A DNA stretch of 45,288 nucleotides from Candidatus Tectomicrobia bacterium RIFCSPLOWO2_12_FULL_69_37 (GTDB lineage Bacteria; UBA8248). Shown here piece by piece: positions 36,201 to 45,288 of the stretch. Each line of letters starts with the position of its first letter. The stretch's first letter is position 1. The stretch spans positions 1 through 45,288 of the forward strand of contig MGDP01000220.1 in the NCBI GenBank assembly GCA_001790955.1, given 5' to 3'. The notes below the pieces were generated by a model that was given only the letters and a program-made list of their open reading frames with translations, was not told the DNA's origin and made no database searches. The position numbers and the translations under genes were made by a program.

Positions 36201-37163
36201 ATGGAAGAGAAGCCGCCCGCACGCACGCGCCCCCCCCGGAAGCCGCGCTACCGCCTGCTCACCCGGGGCGACTTCGACGGGCTGGCGAGCGCGGTGCTCC
36301 TGAAGGAGCGGGACCTGATCGGCGAGATCGCCTTCGTCCACCCCCAGGACATGCAGGCGGGCAAGGTCCGGGTCACGAAGCACGACATCACCGTCAACCT
36401 CCCTTTCGTGAAGGGCGCCCACCTCGCCGTGGACCACCACATCAGCGAGGCCCGGCGCGTCCCGAGGAGCCCCCGCTACATCAACGAGCCGGGCGCCCCC
36501 TCCGCCTCCCGGGTGCTCTACAAGCACCTGGGCGGCCCGGCGCGCTTCCCGGCCTACACCCAGGCCATGATGGCCGCCGTGGACAAGGCCGACGCGGGCC
36601 GCTTCACCCTGAGGGACGTCCTCTACCCCAAGGGCTGGACCCTGCTGCACTTCCTCCTCGACCCGAGGACGGGCCTGGAGCGCTTCCGCAACTTCCGGCT
36701 CTCCATCGGGGAGACGCTGACCGGGCTCTCCGACCTGTGCCGCACCCAGCCCATCGGGCGGGTGATGAAGGACCCCGACATCACCGAGCGCTCGGACCGC
36801 TACTTCGTCCTCGAGGAGAAGTTCCGCGAGCAGCTCCGCCGGTGCGCCGCCGTCGGCGACCGCATCGTGACCCTGGACCTCCGGAAGGAGGAGCCCATCT
36901 GGCCGGGCAACCGCTTCATGATCTACGCCCTCTTCCCCGAGTGCCGGGTCTCCATCGTGCTCCAGCCCGGCCGCCGGCGGGGCAGCACCGAGATCTCGGT
37001 GGGGAAGTCCATCTTCAACCGGGGCGCCAAGTGCAACATCGGCCAGCTCCTGCTCGGCTACGGCGGCGGGGGGCACGCCGCGGCCGGCGCCTGCCGGGTG
37101 CCGGACGGACGGGCCGAGCGCGCGGCGAGGAAGATCGCCGAGGCCGTCCTCTGGGCCGGCTGA
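36201..37163 (+). CDS. DHH/DHHA1 family phosphoesterase ('exopolyphosphatase-like')
   Basis: RLLTRGDFDGL, DHH, PSASRV, GNRFMIYALFPE, GGGGHAAAG. Confidence 0.88.
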   Translation: MEEKPPARTRPPRKPRYRLLTRGDFDGLASAVLLKERDLIGEIAFVHPQDMQAGKVRVTKHDITVNLPFVKGAHLAVDHHISEARRVPRSPRYINEPGAPSASRVLYKHLGGPARFPAYTQAMMAAVDKADAGRFTLRDVLYPKGWTLLHFLLDPRTGLERFRNFRLSIGETLTGLSDLCRTQPIGRVMKDPDITERSDRYFVLEEKFREQLRRCAAVGDRIVTLDLRKEEPIWPGNRFMIYALFPECRVSIVLQPGRRRGSTEISVGKSIFNRGAKCNIGQLLLGYGGGGHAAAGACRVPDGRAERAARKIAEAVLWAG

Positions 37164-37346
37164 GAGCCTCCTCTCCGGCTCCGGGGCCGCCCCGCCCGGC
37201 GGGGCCGGGCGGCCGTCCCAGCGCCACCGGCCCGTCATGAAGCGCCAGTCCGGCTGCACCCGCCTTCGCGGGAACCCAGGCGCGGGGCGCTTCGGCCCGC
37301 GCCCGCCGGAGAGAGAGGAATGCACCTTCGAGGGAGGATAACCGCC

Positions 37347-38687
37347 ATGCGTCCCCTGCGCCTGATGCTCCGCGCCGCCGCCCTGGCCGCCGCTCTGGCC
37401 TTGGCCTCCGCGCCCGCCCGGGCCGCGGAGCTGGAGCCCAAGCTCGTCATCGTCACCTCCTTCCCCAAGGACCTCTACAACGTCTACGCCAAGGCCTTCG
37501 AGACGAAATACCCGGGCACCAAGGTGGAGGTGCTGAACAAGGGCACCTCGGCGGGCATCGCCTACGTGCGCGAGACGGCCGCCAGCCCCGCCGACCTCTT
37601 CTGGGCCTCGGCGCCGGACGCCTTCGAGGTGCTGAAGGGCGCCGGGCTCCTCCAGAAGTACCAGGAGAAGGCCAGGGGCATCCCGGCCAAGATCGGGGCC
37701 TACCCCATCAACGACCCGGACGGCTTCTACAAGGGCTTCGCGGCCTCGGGCTACGGCATCATGTGGAACACCCGCTACCTCAAGGCCAAGAACCTCCCCG
37801 ACCCCCGGGAGTGGGACGACCTGAAGAAGCCCGTCTACCACGGCCACGTCTCCATCTCCGCCCCCTCGCGCTCGGGCACCACCCACCTCACCATCGAGAC
37901 CATCCTCCAGGGCGAGGGCTGGGAGAAGGGCTGGCGGACCATCCTCGAGATGGCGGGCAACTTCGCCACCGTGACCGAGCGCAGCTTCGGAGTGCCCGAG
38001 GGGGTGAACAACGGCCAGTTCGGGATCGGCATCGTCATCGACTTCTTCGGCTTCTCCTCCAAGGCGAGCGGCTTTCCGGTCGAGTTCGCCTACCCGAAGG
38101 TGACCACCCTCGTGCCCGCCAACATCGGCATGATCAAGAACGCCAAGAACCCCAGGGCGGCGGCGGCCTTCATCGAGCTCCTCCTCTCGCCCCAGGGCCA
38201 GGCGCTGCTCCTGGACAAGAAGATCCAGCGCCTCCCCGTCCTCCCCTCGGCCTACGAGAAGGCGAAGGGCCTTCCCAACCCCTTCAAGGACCTCTCCATG
38301 GGCGCGGCCGTGAAGTTCGACACCGGCGTCTCCAAGTCGCGCTACCTCGTGGTGAACACCATGTTCGACCAGATCATCACCTTCCGCCTGAAGGAGCTGA
38401 CGGCGGCCTGGAAGACCATTCAGGCGGCCGAGGCCAAGCTCAAGGGCAAGCCCAGCGCCCAGGCCGCCGGGATCCTTGAGCAGGCCAAGAAGCTCGCCGG
38501 CACCCCGCCCGTGAGCGCCCGGCAGGCGGGGGACAAGCAGTTCCTCGGCATCTTCCGGCCCAAGAAGAAGGGCCAGGAGGTGCCCAAGCGCCAGGCCGAG
38601 GTGGAGAAGGAGTGGGACGCCTTCGCCAAGCGGAACTACGCCGAGGCCCAGAAGCTGGCCGCCCAGGCGGCCTCGATGATCAAGTAG
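37347..38687 (+). CDS. ABC transporter substrate-binding protein (PgtC/FbpA/AfuA-like)
   Basis: Signal peptide; LVIVTSFP, DLFWASAPDAF, PSRSGTTH, RSFGVP, GIVIDFF. Confidence 0.85.
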   Translation: MRPLRLMLRAAALAAALALASAPARAAELEPKLVIVTSFPKDLYNVYAKAFETKYPGTKVEVLNKGTSAGIAYVRETAASPADLFWASAPDAFEVLKGAGLLQKYQEKARGIPAKIGAYPINDPDGFYKGFAASGYGIMWNTRYLKAKNLPDPREWDDLKKPVYHGHVSISAPSRSGTTHLTIETILQGEGWEKGWRTILEMAGNFATVTERSFGVPEGVNNGQFGIGIVIDFFGFSSKASGFPVEFAYPKVTTLVPANIGMIKNAKNPRAAAAFIELLLSPQGQALLLDKKIQRLPVLPSAYEKAKGLPNPFKDLSMGAAVKFDTGVSKSRYLVVNTMFDQIITFRLKELTAAWKTIQAAEAKLKGKPSAQAAGILEQAKKLAGTPPVSARQAGDKQFLGIFRPKKKGQEVPKRQAEVEKEWDAFAKRNYAEAQKLAAQAASMIK

Positions 38688-38696
38688 GCTCCCCGG

Positions 38697-38722
38697 GCCG
38701 GGCCCGCCGCGGCGGGCCCGGC
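38697..38722 (+). other. intercistronic palindrome after SBP gene 3
   Basis: Perfect 26-bp palindrome gccgggcccgccgcggcgggcccggc. Confidence 0.7.
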
Positions 38723-38760
38723 GCCGCGCCTTCCGGCGGAGGAGGAGGAAGGAGGGCTCC

Positions 38761-40449
38761 ATGCGCCGGAACACGGGCAGCGCGCTCGCCGCCCTGGGGA
38801 TCGCGGCCTTCCTCCTCCTCTTCCTCGCGGTCCCGGTGCTCCAGGTCGTCCGCGTCGCCTTCTCGGACGGCCGGGGCGGCTTCACCCTGGTGAACTTCCA
38901 GGACTTCTTCCGCACCGCCCTCTTCGCCGAGTCCTTCTGGAACTCCCTCTACGTGGCCCTGATGTCCATGCTCCTGGCCACGGCGATCTCGGTGCCGCTG
39001 GCCTACTTCACCACCCGGCTGGAGCTGGGCGGGGCGATCCTCATCCAGAGCCTGGGGGTGATCCCCCTCATCATCCCCCCCTTCGTGGGGGCAGTGGCCA
39101 TGCAGCTCGTCTTCGGGCGCAGCGGGAGCGTGAACCTGCTGCTGGAGAGCTGGCTCGGCGTCACCGTCCCCTTCATGGAGGGGCTGAACGGGGTCATCTT
39201 CGTCGAGACCCTGCACTACTTCCCCTTCCTGCTGATGAACCTCTCGGCCAGCCTCGCCAACATCGACAGCTCGATGGAGGAGTCCGCCCAGAACCTCGGG
39301 GCGAGCGGCCTGCGCCTCTTCCGGCGCATCGTCTTCCCCCTCGCCATGCCGGGCTACGTGGCGGGGGCGCTCCTCGTCTTCACCAAGGTGTTCGACGAGC
39401 TGGGCACCCCGCTGCTGCTCAACGTGACGAAGATGATGGGCCCCCAGGCCTACCTGCGCATCACCACCATCGGGGTGGAGGACCCCATGGGCTACGTGCT
39501 CTCGGTCATCATGGTGGCCTTCTCCCTCCTCGCGATGGGCCTGGCCGGGCTGGCCCTCCGGGGCAAGGAGTACGCCACCGTCCAGAAGGGGGCGGGCGGA
39601 CTCGCCAAGCGCGCGCTCCGGCCCTGGGAGAAGGCGGGCTGCTACGCCGTCGTCGCCCTCCTCCTCGCCCTGGTGCTCTCTCCCCACCTCGGGATTCTCC
39701 TGCTCTCGTTCGGGCGGGTGTGGTCCTTCAGCGTCCTGCCCGAGGGGGCGACCCTCGCCCACTACGCCGAGGTCTTCCGCGAGACCCCCCAGTTCATGAC
39801 CAACACCCTGCTCTACAGCACCCTCGCCGCGGGCATCGACGTGGCCGTGGGGACCGCCATCGCCTACCTCATCCTGCGCACCCGGCTCCCGGGGCGGCAC
39901 CTGCTGGACTACGTCGCCATGTCCTCCCTGGCCATCCCGGGGGTGGTGCTGGGGATCGGCTACCTTCGCACCTTCCACGGTTTGACCCTCCCCTGGACCG
40001 GCCAGCCCCTCGCCACCTTCTGGCCCGTGCTGGTGGTGGCCCTCTCGGTGCGGCGCCTGCCCTACGCGCTGCGGGCCTGCGTGGCCGCCCTCCAGCAGGT
40101 GCACCCCTCCTTCGAGGAGGCCGCCGAGAACCTGGGGGCGCACAAGCTGCGGACGGTGGCGCGCATCACCGTGCCCCTCATGTCGGGGGGCATCCTCGCG
40201 GGCTTCGTGGCCAGCTTCGTGACGGCGGCGGTGGAGCTCTCGACCACCCTCATGCTCGTCTCGACCGACGCGAACGCGCCCCTCTCCTACGGCATCTACG
40301 TCTACATGCAGAGCGCGGCGGGGCGGGGCCCCGGCGCGGCGCTCGGCATCGTGGCCGTCGCCCTCATGGCGGCGGGGGCCTACTTCTCGAACCGCTTCAT
40401 CGGCCAGGGCAAGCTCGGGGTGGGCGCGGCGGGGGGGGCCGCGGCGTGA
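38761..40449 (+). CDS. FbpB/AfuB-like ABC permease (two fused TM domains)
   Basis: Two EAA loops (MEESAQNLGAS, FEEAAENLGA), PPFVGA, IPGVVLGIG. Confidence 0.92.
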   Translation: MRRNTGSALAALGIAAFLLLFLAVPVLQVVRVAFSDGRGGFTLVNFQDFFRTALFAESFWNSLYVALMSMLLATAISVPLAYFTTRLELGGAILIQSLGVIPLIIPPFVGAVAMQLVFGRSGSVNLLLESWLGVTVPFMEGLNGVIFVETLHYFPFLLMNLSASLANIDSSMEESAQNLGASGLRLFRRIVFPLAMPGYVAGALLVFTKVFDELGTPLLLNVTKMMGPQAYLRITTIGVEDPMGYVLSVIMVAFSLLAMGLAGLALRGKEYATVQKGAGGLAKRALRPWEKAGCYAVVALLLALVLSPHLGILLLSFGRVWSFSVLPEGATLAHYAEVFRETPQFMTNTLLYSTLAAGIDVAVGTAIAYLILRTRLPGRHLLDYVAMSSLAIPGVVLGIGYLRTFHGLTLPWTGQPLATFWPVLVVALSVRRLPYALRACVAALQQVHPSFEEAAENLGAHKLRTVARITVPLMSGGILAGFVASFVTAAVELSTTLMLVSTDANAPLSYGIYVYMQSAAGRGPGAALGIVAVALMAAGAYFSNRFIGQGKLGVGAAGGAAA

Positions 40450-41501
40450 GCGCGGGCGTCGCCATCCAGGGGGTGGACCTCGCCTACGGCCCAGTGCGCG
40501 TCCTCAAGGACGTGAGCCTGGAGGTCCGGCCCGGGGAGTTCTTCGCCTTCCTGGGCCCCTCGGGCTCGGGCAAGACGACGCTCCTGCGCCTCATCGCGGG
40601 CTTCGGACGCGCCCAGGCGGGCCGCGTCCTCATCGGGGGGAGGGACGTGACCCAGGTGCCCCCCTGGCGGCGGAACGTCGGGATGGTCTTCCAGAACTAC
40701 GCCCTCTGGCCCCACATGAGCGTGCGGCGCAACGTCGCCTTCGGCCTCGAGGAGCGCAGGCTCCCGCGCGCCGAGGTCGCCCGCCGGGTGGAGGCCGCCC
40801 TCGCCCTCGTGGGCCTGGCGGACTACGGCGGCCGGCGGCCCTCCCAGCTCTCGGGGGGCCAGCAGCAGCGGGTGGCCCTCGCGCGCACCATCGTCGTCGA
40901 GCCCGAGGTGCTCCTCCTCGACGAGCCGCTCTCCAACCTCGACGCCAAGCTCCGGGTCCAGATGCGCGGGGAGCTGCGCGACCTCCAGCGCAAGCTCGGC
41001 ACGACCGCCATCTACGTCACCCACGACCAGGAGGAGGCCAACACCATCGCCGACCGCATCGCCGTCCTCGACCAGGGCGTCATCCAGCAGGTGGGCACCC
41101 CCATCGAGCTCTACGACCGGCCCGCGAACCGCTTCGTCGCCCACTTCCTCGGGACGGCGAACCTGATCGAGGGCGAGGTCAGGGGCGGGGCGTTCCAGGG
41201 AGGGGGGATCCGCCTCCCCCTCCCCTCGCCGCCCCGGGAAGGCCCGGCGAGCCTCGTCCTGCGGCCCCAGCACCTTGCCGTCCTCCCCCGGGAGGCCCCC
41301 GTCCCCCCCGGGGCGGTGCGCCTGGAGGGGACGGTGCGGGGACGCGAGTTCCTGGGGAGCGCGGTCCGCTACAGCGTCGAGGCGGGAGGCCAGCTTCTCC
41401 TCGCGGACGGCCCCCACCGCCGGGGCGAGACGCCGGCCGGGCCGGGGGAGGCCGTGGCGCTCTGCCTCCAGCCCGATCAAGCTGTCCTCCTCGCCGGCTG
41501 A
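40446..41501 (+). CDS. ABC transporter ATP-binding protein (FbpC/PotA-like)
   Basis: GTG overlapping the previous stop; [31 protein letters not shown]. Confidence 0.95.
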   Translation: MSAGVAIQGVDLAYGPVRVLKDVSLEVRPGEFFAFLGPSGSGKTTLLRLIAGFGRAQAGRVLIGGRDVTQVPPWRRNVGMVFQNYALWPHMSVRRNVAFGLEERRLPRAEVARRVEAALALVGLADYGGRRPSQLSGGQQQRVALARTIVVEPEVLLLDEPLSNLDAKLRVQMRGELRDLQRKLGTTAIYVTHDQEEANTIADRIAVLDQGVIQQVGTPIELYDRPANRFVAHFLGTANLIEGEVRGGAFQGGGIRLPLPSPPREGPASLVLRPQHLAVLPREAPVPPGAVRLEGTVRGREFLGSAVRYSVEAGGQLLLADGPHRRGETPAGPGEAVALCLQPDQAVLLAG

Positions 41502-41700
41502 GCGGCCCGAAACCAGGTCGCCCTCCGCGGAAGGCCGTTGCATCCCCGCCCCGCCTGGACTACACTTTCGCCAACCATTCAACCCTTTGGAGCAGGCTCT
41601 TTTTTTCTGGATCGGCCCGCCGCTGCCGCGGGGAGCGGGACAGGCTCTCTCCTCTCCGGCGGAAGCGGGAGGTTCCCCACACGCGGAGGAGGGCGCGGGC

Positions 41701-42657
41701 ATGAGGATGACGATTCGGATGGGGCTAGCCGCCCTGGCGGCCGGTCTGCTGGGCCTGGGAGCCGCCGCCCAGGCGGCCGAGCTCAAGATGATGACGGGGC
41801 CCCAGGGAGGCTCCTGGTACCCGCTCGGCGGGGCGGTCGCCGAGATCGCCAAGCGCGAGCTCAAGGGCGTGAACATCACCGTCCAGCTCGGGGCCGGCAT
41901 CAGCAACGTCAAGGGCGTCGAGGCGGGCAAGGCCGACCTGGGCCTGGGGAACTCGGTCTCCACGGCGGACGCCGTCGTGGGCCGCAAGCCCTTCGACAAG
42001 AAGACCCAGAACGTCCGCCACGTGGCGACGCTCTACCTCCAGTACTTCCAGCCGATCGTGCTCGACAAGGGAGCGGACACCATCCGCACCCCCGCCCAGC
42101 TCAAGGGCAAGCGCATGACCACCCAGGCGGTGGGCAACACGGGCGAGCAGATGGCCCGCCACTTCCTCGCCACCGCGGGCCTCGCCTACAAGGACCTCGC
42201 CAAGGTGAGCCACGGCTCCTACAACGACTCGGTGGCCCTCATGCGGGACGGGCACGCGGACGCCTTCATGCTCGTGAGCACCGTCCCCGCTCCCGCCGTC
42301 ATGGACCTGGCCACGGGCCGCAAGGTCGTCCTGATGAGCCTGGACGACGCCACCTACCAGAAGCTCCTCAAGCTCAACGCCGGTTACGCCCGGCGCAACA
42401 TCCCGGCCGGGACCTACAAGGGCCAGGACAAGGACGTCTCCGCCTTCGGCACCTACACCCACCTGATCGCGAGCGGGAAGCTCTCGAACGACCTCGTCTA
42501 CCAGCTCACCAAGGCCATCGCCAAGAACCTGGCCTCCATCAACGCCGTGGTGCCCGCGACCAAGGGCCTTACCCCCAAGGAGATGGGCTCGGACGTGGGC
42601 GTGCCCCTGCACGCGGGCGCGGCGCGCTTCTACAAGGAGATAGGGGCCAAGAACTAG
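41701..42657 (+). CDS. TAXI family TRAP transporter solute-binding subunit
   Basis: TGPQGGSWYPLGG, GAGISNV, MRDGHADA, IPAGTY, VPLHAGAARFYKE; RBS ggagg. Confidence 0.92.
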   Translation: MRMTIRMGLAALAAGLLGLGAAAQAAELKMMTGPQGGSWYPLGGAVAEIAKRELKGVNITVQLGAGISNVKGVEAGKADLGLGNSVSTADAVVGRKPFDKKTQNVRHVATLYLQYFQPIVLDKGADTIRTPAQLKGKRMTTQAVGNTGEQMARHFLATAGLAYKDLAKVSHGSYNDSVALMRDGHADAFMLVSTVPAPAVMDLATGRKVVLMSLDDATYQKLLKLNAGYARRNIPAGTYKGQDKDVSAFGTYTHLIASGKLSNDLVYQLTKAIAKNLASINAVVPATKGLTPKEMGSDVGVPLHAGAARFYKEIGAKN

Positions 42658-42672
42658 GGGGAGGGCCGTTCC

Positions 42673-44637
42673 TTGGAAAACGGAGGAGGACGCCCGGCGG
42701 GAACATTGGTCGGCATCGCCGCCGCCGGGATGTCGCTCTTCCACCTCTACATCGCCATGGCGGGCGCCCCGGAGGCCCTCGTCCTCCGGGGCACCCACCT
42801 GGCGCTGGTCTTCTGCATCATCTTCCTCTCGGCCCCGAAGGAAGGCGGCGGGCTCGGGCGCCTGCTGGAGCTCACCTTCCTCTCGGGAGGGAAGCTGGCG
42901 GCGAGGCTCCCCCGCCTGTGGGACCTCCTCCTTCTCGCCGCGGCGATCGCCCCCCTCCTCTACATCTTCTGGAACCTCGACCACCTCAACCAGCGCATGG
43001 TCTACGTGGACTCCCTCGCGCCGGCCGAGATGGTCATGGGCGTCCTCCTCGTCCTCATGGTGATCGAGGCCTCGCGCCGCACCCTGGGGCCCACGCTCCC
43101 CCTGACCGTCCTGACCTTCATCCTCTACGCCCTGGCCGGGCCCTGGCTGCCCGGCCCCATGCGCCACGCCGGGCTGAGCCTGGAGACCCTGCTGGACATC
43201 GCCTACCTCTCGCCGGACGGGATCTTCGGCATCCCCCTCGGGGTCTCGGCCACCTACGTCGTCCTCTTCATCATCTTCGGCGCCTTCCTCGAGCGGACGA
43301 ACACGGGGGCCCTGTTCATGGACCTGGCCTCCGCCCTCGCCGGCCGCTCCCCGGGCGGCCCCGGCAAGATCGCCTGCATCTCGAGCGGGCTCTTCGGAAC
43401 CATCTCGGGGAGCGCGGTCGCGAACGTGATGGTGGACGGCTGGCTCACCATCCCCCTCATGAAGCGCACCGGCTTCAAGGGCCACGTCGCGGCGGCGGTC
43501 GAGGCGGTGGCCTCGACCGGGGGCCAGATCATGCCCCCCGTCATGGGGGCGGCGGCCTTCGTCCTGGCCGAGCTGGCGGGCCTCCCCTACGCCCAGGTGG
43601 CCCTCCACGCCGCCATCCCCGCGCTCCTCTACTACGTGGCGCTCTTCATGGCCATCCACTTCGAGGCGCGCCGCACGGGCCTGCGGGGCCTGCGGCCCGA
43701 CGAGACGCCCCCGCTCGGGGGGGTGCTCCTCGCGCGCGGCCACATGCTGCTGCCCATCGCCGCCCTCATCTGGCTGATGTGGGAGGGCTACACCGCCTTC
43801 CTCGCCGCCTTCTGGGCCACCCTCCTGGTGGTGGGGATCGCCGCCCTGCGGGCCGGGACCCGCCTGGACCTCCGGGGGATGTACGAGGCCCTCCAGAGCG
43901 GGGCCCAGAACTCGGTCGGCGTGGCCGCCGCCTGCGCCTCGGCCGGCATCGTCATCGGCGTCATCGCCCACACCGGCCTGGGGATCAAGTTCACGAGCTT
44001 CATCCTCTCCCTCTCCTCGGACACCCTCATCCCGGCCCTCGTCCTCACCATGGTGGCGGGCATCATCCTCGGCATGGGGATGCCCACCACGGCGGCCTAC
44101 GTGATGCAGGCCGCCCTCCTCGTCCCGGCCCTGATCAAGCTGGGCATCGTGCCCATCGCCGCCCACCTGTTCGTCTTCTACTTCGCCATCATCTCGGCCA
44201 TCACGCCCCCCGTGGCCCTTGCCGTCTACGCCGCGGCCGGCATCGGCAAGACGCCCCTCTGGGCGACCGGCATCGCCGCCTTGCGGATGGGGGCGACGGG
44301 CTTCATCGTGCCCTTCTTCTTCGTGTACGGCCCGGCCCTGCTCCTGGTGGGGGAGTGGGGCCAGGTCATCCTCGCGGTGCTGAGCGCCTGCGCCGGAGTC
44401 GTCCTCCTCGCGGCGAGCCTGCACGGCTTCCTGCTGAGCCCGCTCCGCCCCTGGGAGCGCCTGGCCGCCGGCGCCGCCTCGCTGCTGCTCATCCACTCGG
44501 GGTGGAAGACGGACCTCATCGGCCTGGCGCTGGCGGGCGGCGTGATCCTCTCCCAGCGCATCGCCCCGCTCCCCGAGGTCCCCCCCGCCGTGCCGGCCGA
44601 GCCCGAGGCCGCGCCCTCCGCCCCGGCAAGACCCTAG
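42673..44637 (+). CDS. TRAP transporter fused 4TM/12TM permease
   Basis: GIFGIPLGVS, GGPGK, GTISGSAVANV, STGGQIMPPVMGAAAF, GMGMPTTAAY, ITPPVA. Confidence 0.94.
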   Translation: MENGGGRPAGTLVGIAAAGMSLFHLYIAMAGAPEALVLRGTHLALVFCIIFLSAPKEGGGLGRLLELTFLSGGKLAARLPRLWDLLLLAAAIAPLLYIFWNLDHLNQRMVYVDSLAPAEMVMGVLLVLMVIEASRRTLGPTLPLTVLTFILYALAGPWLPGPMRHAGLSLETLLDIAYLSPDGIFGIPLGVSATYVVLFIIFGAFLERTNTGALFMDLASALAGRSPGGPGKIACISSGLFGTISGSAVANVMVDGWLTIPLMKRTGFKGHVAAAVEAVASTGGQIMPPVMGAAAFVLAELAGLPYAQVALHAAIPALLYYVALFMAIHFEARRTGLRGLRPDETPPLGGVLLARGHMLLPIAALIWLMWEGYTAFLAAFWATLLVVGIAALRAGTRLDLRGMYEALQSGAQNSVGVAAACASAGIVIGVIAHTGLGIKFTSFILSLSSDTLIPALVLTMVAGIILGMGMPTTAAYVMQAALLVPALIKLGIVPIAAHLFVFYFAIISAITPPVALAVYAAAGIGKTPLWATGIAALRMGATGFIVPFFFVYGPALLLVGEWGQVILAVLSACAGVVLLAASLHGFLLSPLRPWERLAAGAASLLLIHSGWKTDLIGLALAGGVILSQRIAPLPEVPPAVPAEPEAAPSAPARP

Positions 44638-44683
44638 CCATGAAGCCTTGCCACGTACTTCATCCCGAGAGGAGTGAGCTTTT

Positions 44684-44768
44684 CCCCCTCCCTCCGGGAG
44701 GGGGTTGGGGGAGGGAACCCTCGTGACCGGGCCTCCCCCCACCCCTACCCTCCCCCGGAGGGGGAGGG
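44684..44768. repeat. inverted pair of C-rich/G-rich REP-like hairpin repeats
   Basis: ccccctccc-tcc-gggaggggg-ttgggggaggg and its inverted relative ccccccacccct-a-ccctccccc-gga-gggggaggg. Confidence 0.65.
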
Positions 44769-44817
44769 AGAAAACCCCCACGAGCCCCTGACCTTCTTCG
44801 TCCCGGAGGATTTCCCC

Positions 44818-45288
44818 ATGCCCCAGCCCCCGTCCCCCTTCCTGGGCTTCCAGCACATCGGCCTCAAGGTCCACGACATCGAGGCCGCCCTCGACTTCTA
44901 CGTCGGGAAGCTCGGCTTCACCGTCACCGAGATCCACCCGCCCGGCCGGGTGCCCGGCGTCCCTCTCGGCCTGGCCTTCCTCCGCTGCACCGCCCTCCAC
45001 CACGACCTGAGCCTCTTCTTCTGGCCCGAGGGGGAATGCCCCGCGCCCAAGGAGCGCACCATGTTCCGCTGGGAGCCCGGCATGCACCACATCGCCCTCC
45101 AGGTGGGCTCCCGGCGGGAGCTCGAGGCCTGGGAGGCCTATCTGAAGGCCCAGGGCGTCGAGATCGTCTGGCAGCGCGCCATCCACAGCCCCACCCACCC
45201 CGAGGGCGACGGCCTCTGGGGCGAGAACCACGCCATCTACATCTCCGACCCCTCGGGCAACTGCATCGAGATCTTCTGCGACATGGGG
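44818..45288 (+). CDS. VOC family protein (glyoxalase/extradiol dioxygenase-like), truncated by window end
   Basis: Not in the ORF track. Own translation: MPQPPSPFLGFQHIGLKVHDIEAALDFY..LGF..HHDL..MHHIALQV..AIYISDPSGNCIEIFCD; RBS ggagg. Confidence 0.88.
   Translation, partial: MPQPPSPFLGFQHIGLKVHDIEAALDFYVGKLGFTVTEIHPPGRVPGVPLGLAFLRCTALHHDLSLFFWPEGECPAPKERTMFRWEPGMHHIALQVGSRRELEAWEAYLKAQGVEIVWQRAIHSPTHPEGDGLWGENHAIYISDPSGNCIEIFCDMG

Noticed and set aside
41725-45231. 1168-aa minus-strand ORF and 1062-aa plus-strand ORF across the TRAP genes
   Set aside because: Antisense or off-frame shadows of well-supported TAXI, TRAP and VOC genes.

Overview
Very GC-rich bacterial chromosomal segment, densely coding (about 36 CDS), with no rRNA, tRNA, CRISPR array, integrase or transposase that I can recognise. 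It encodes uptake and catabolic functions: two tandem paralogous CUT1-type ABC modules sharing one ATPase, a PgtC/FbpA-like ABC system, a TAXI-TRAP system, a DASS transporter with an apparent sigma-54 promoter converging on sdhCAB, an IlvD/Edd dehydratase, an OYE-family oxidoreductase, hydrolases and a degenerate fused hydantoinase/oxoprolinase. It also encodes several multidomain proteins (MBL hydrolase-REC, methyltransferase-ATP-grasp, class III cyclase-FGE). The most unusual signal is non-coding. GTAG-type REP palindromes at three separate loci carry the same 24-bp mini-element inserted in their loop, and at one locus a related 26-bp element is nested inside that element in the opposite orientation. 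Most long ORFs in the supplied track are antisense or alternate-frame shadows caused by GC bias. All product calls come from motif recognition by eye; no database search was run.
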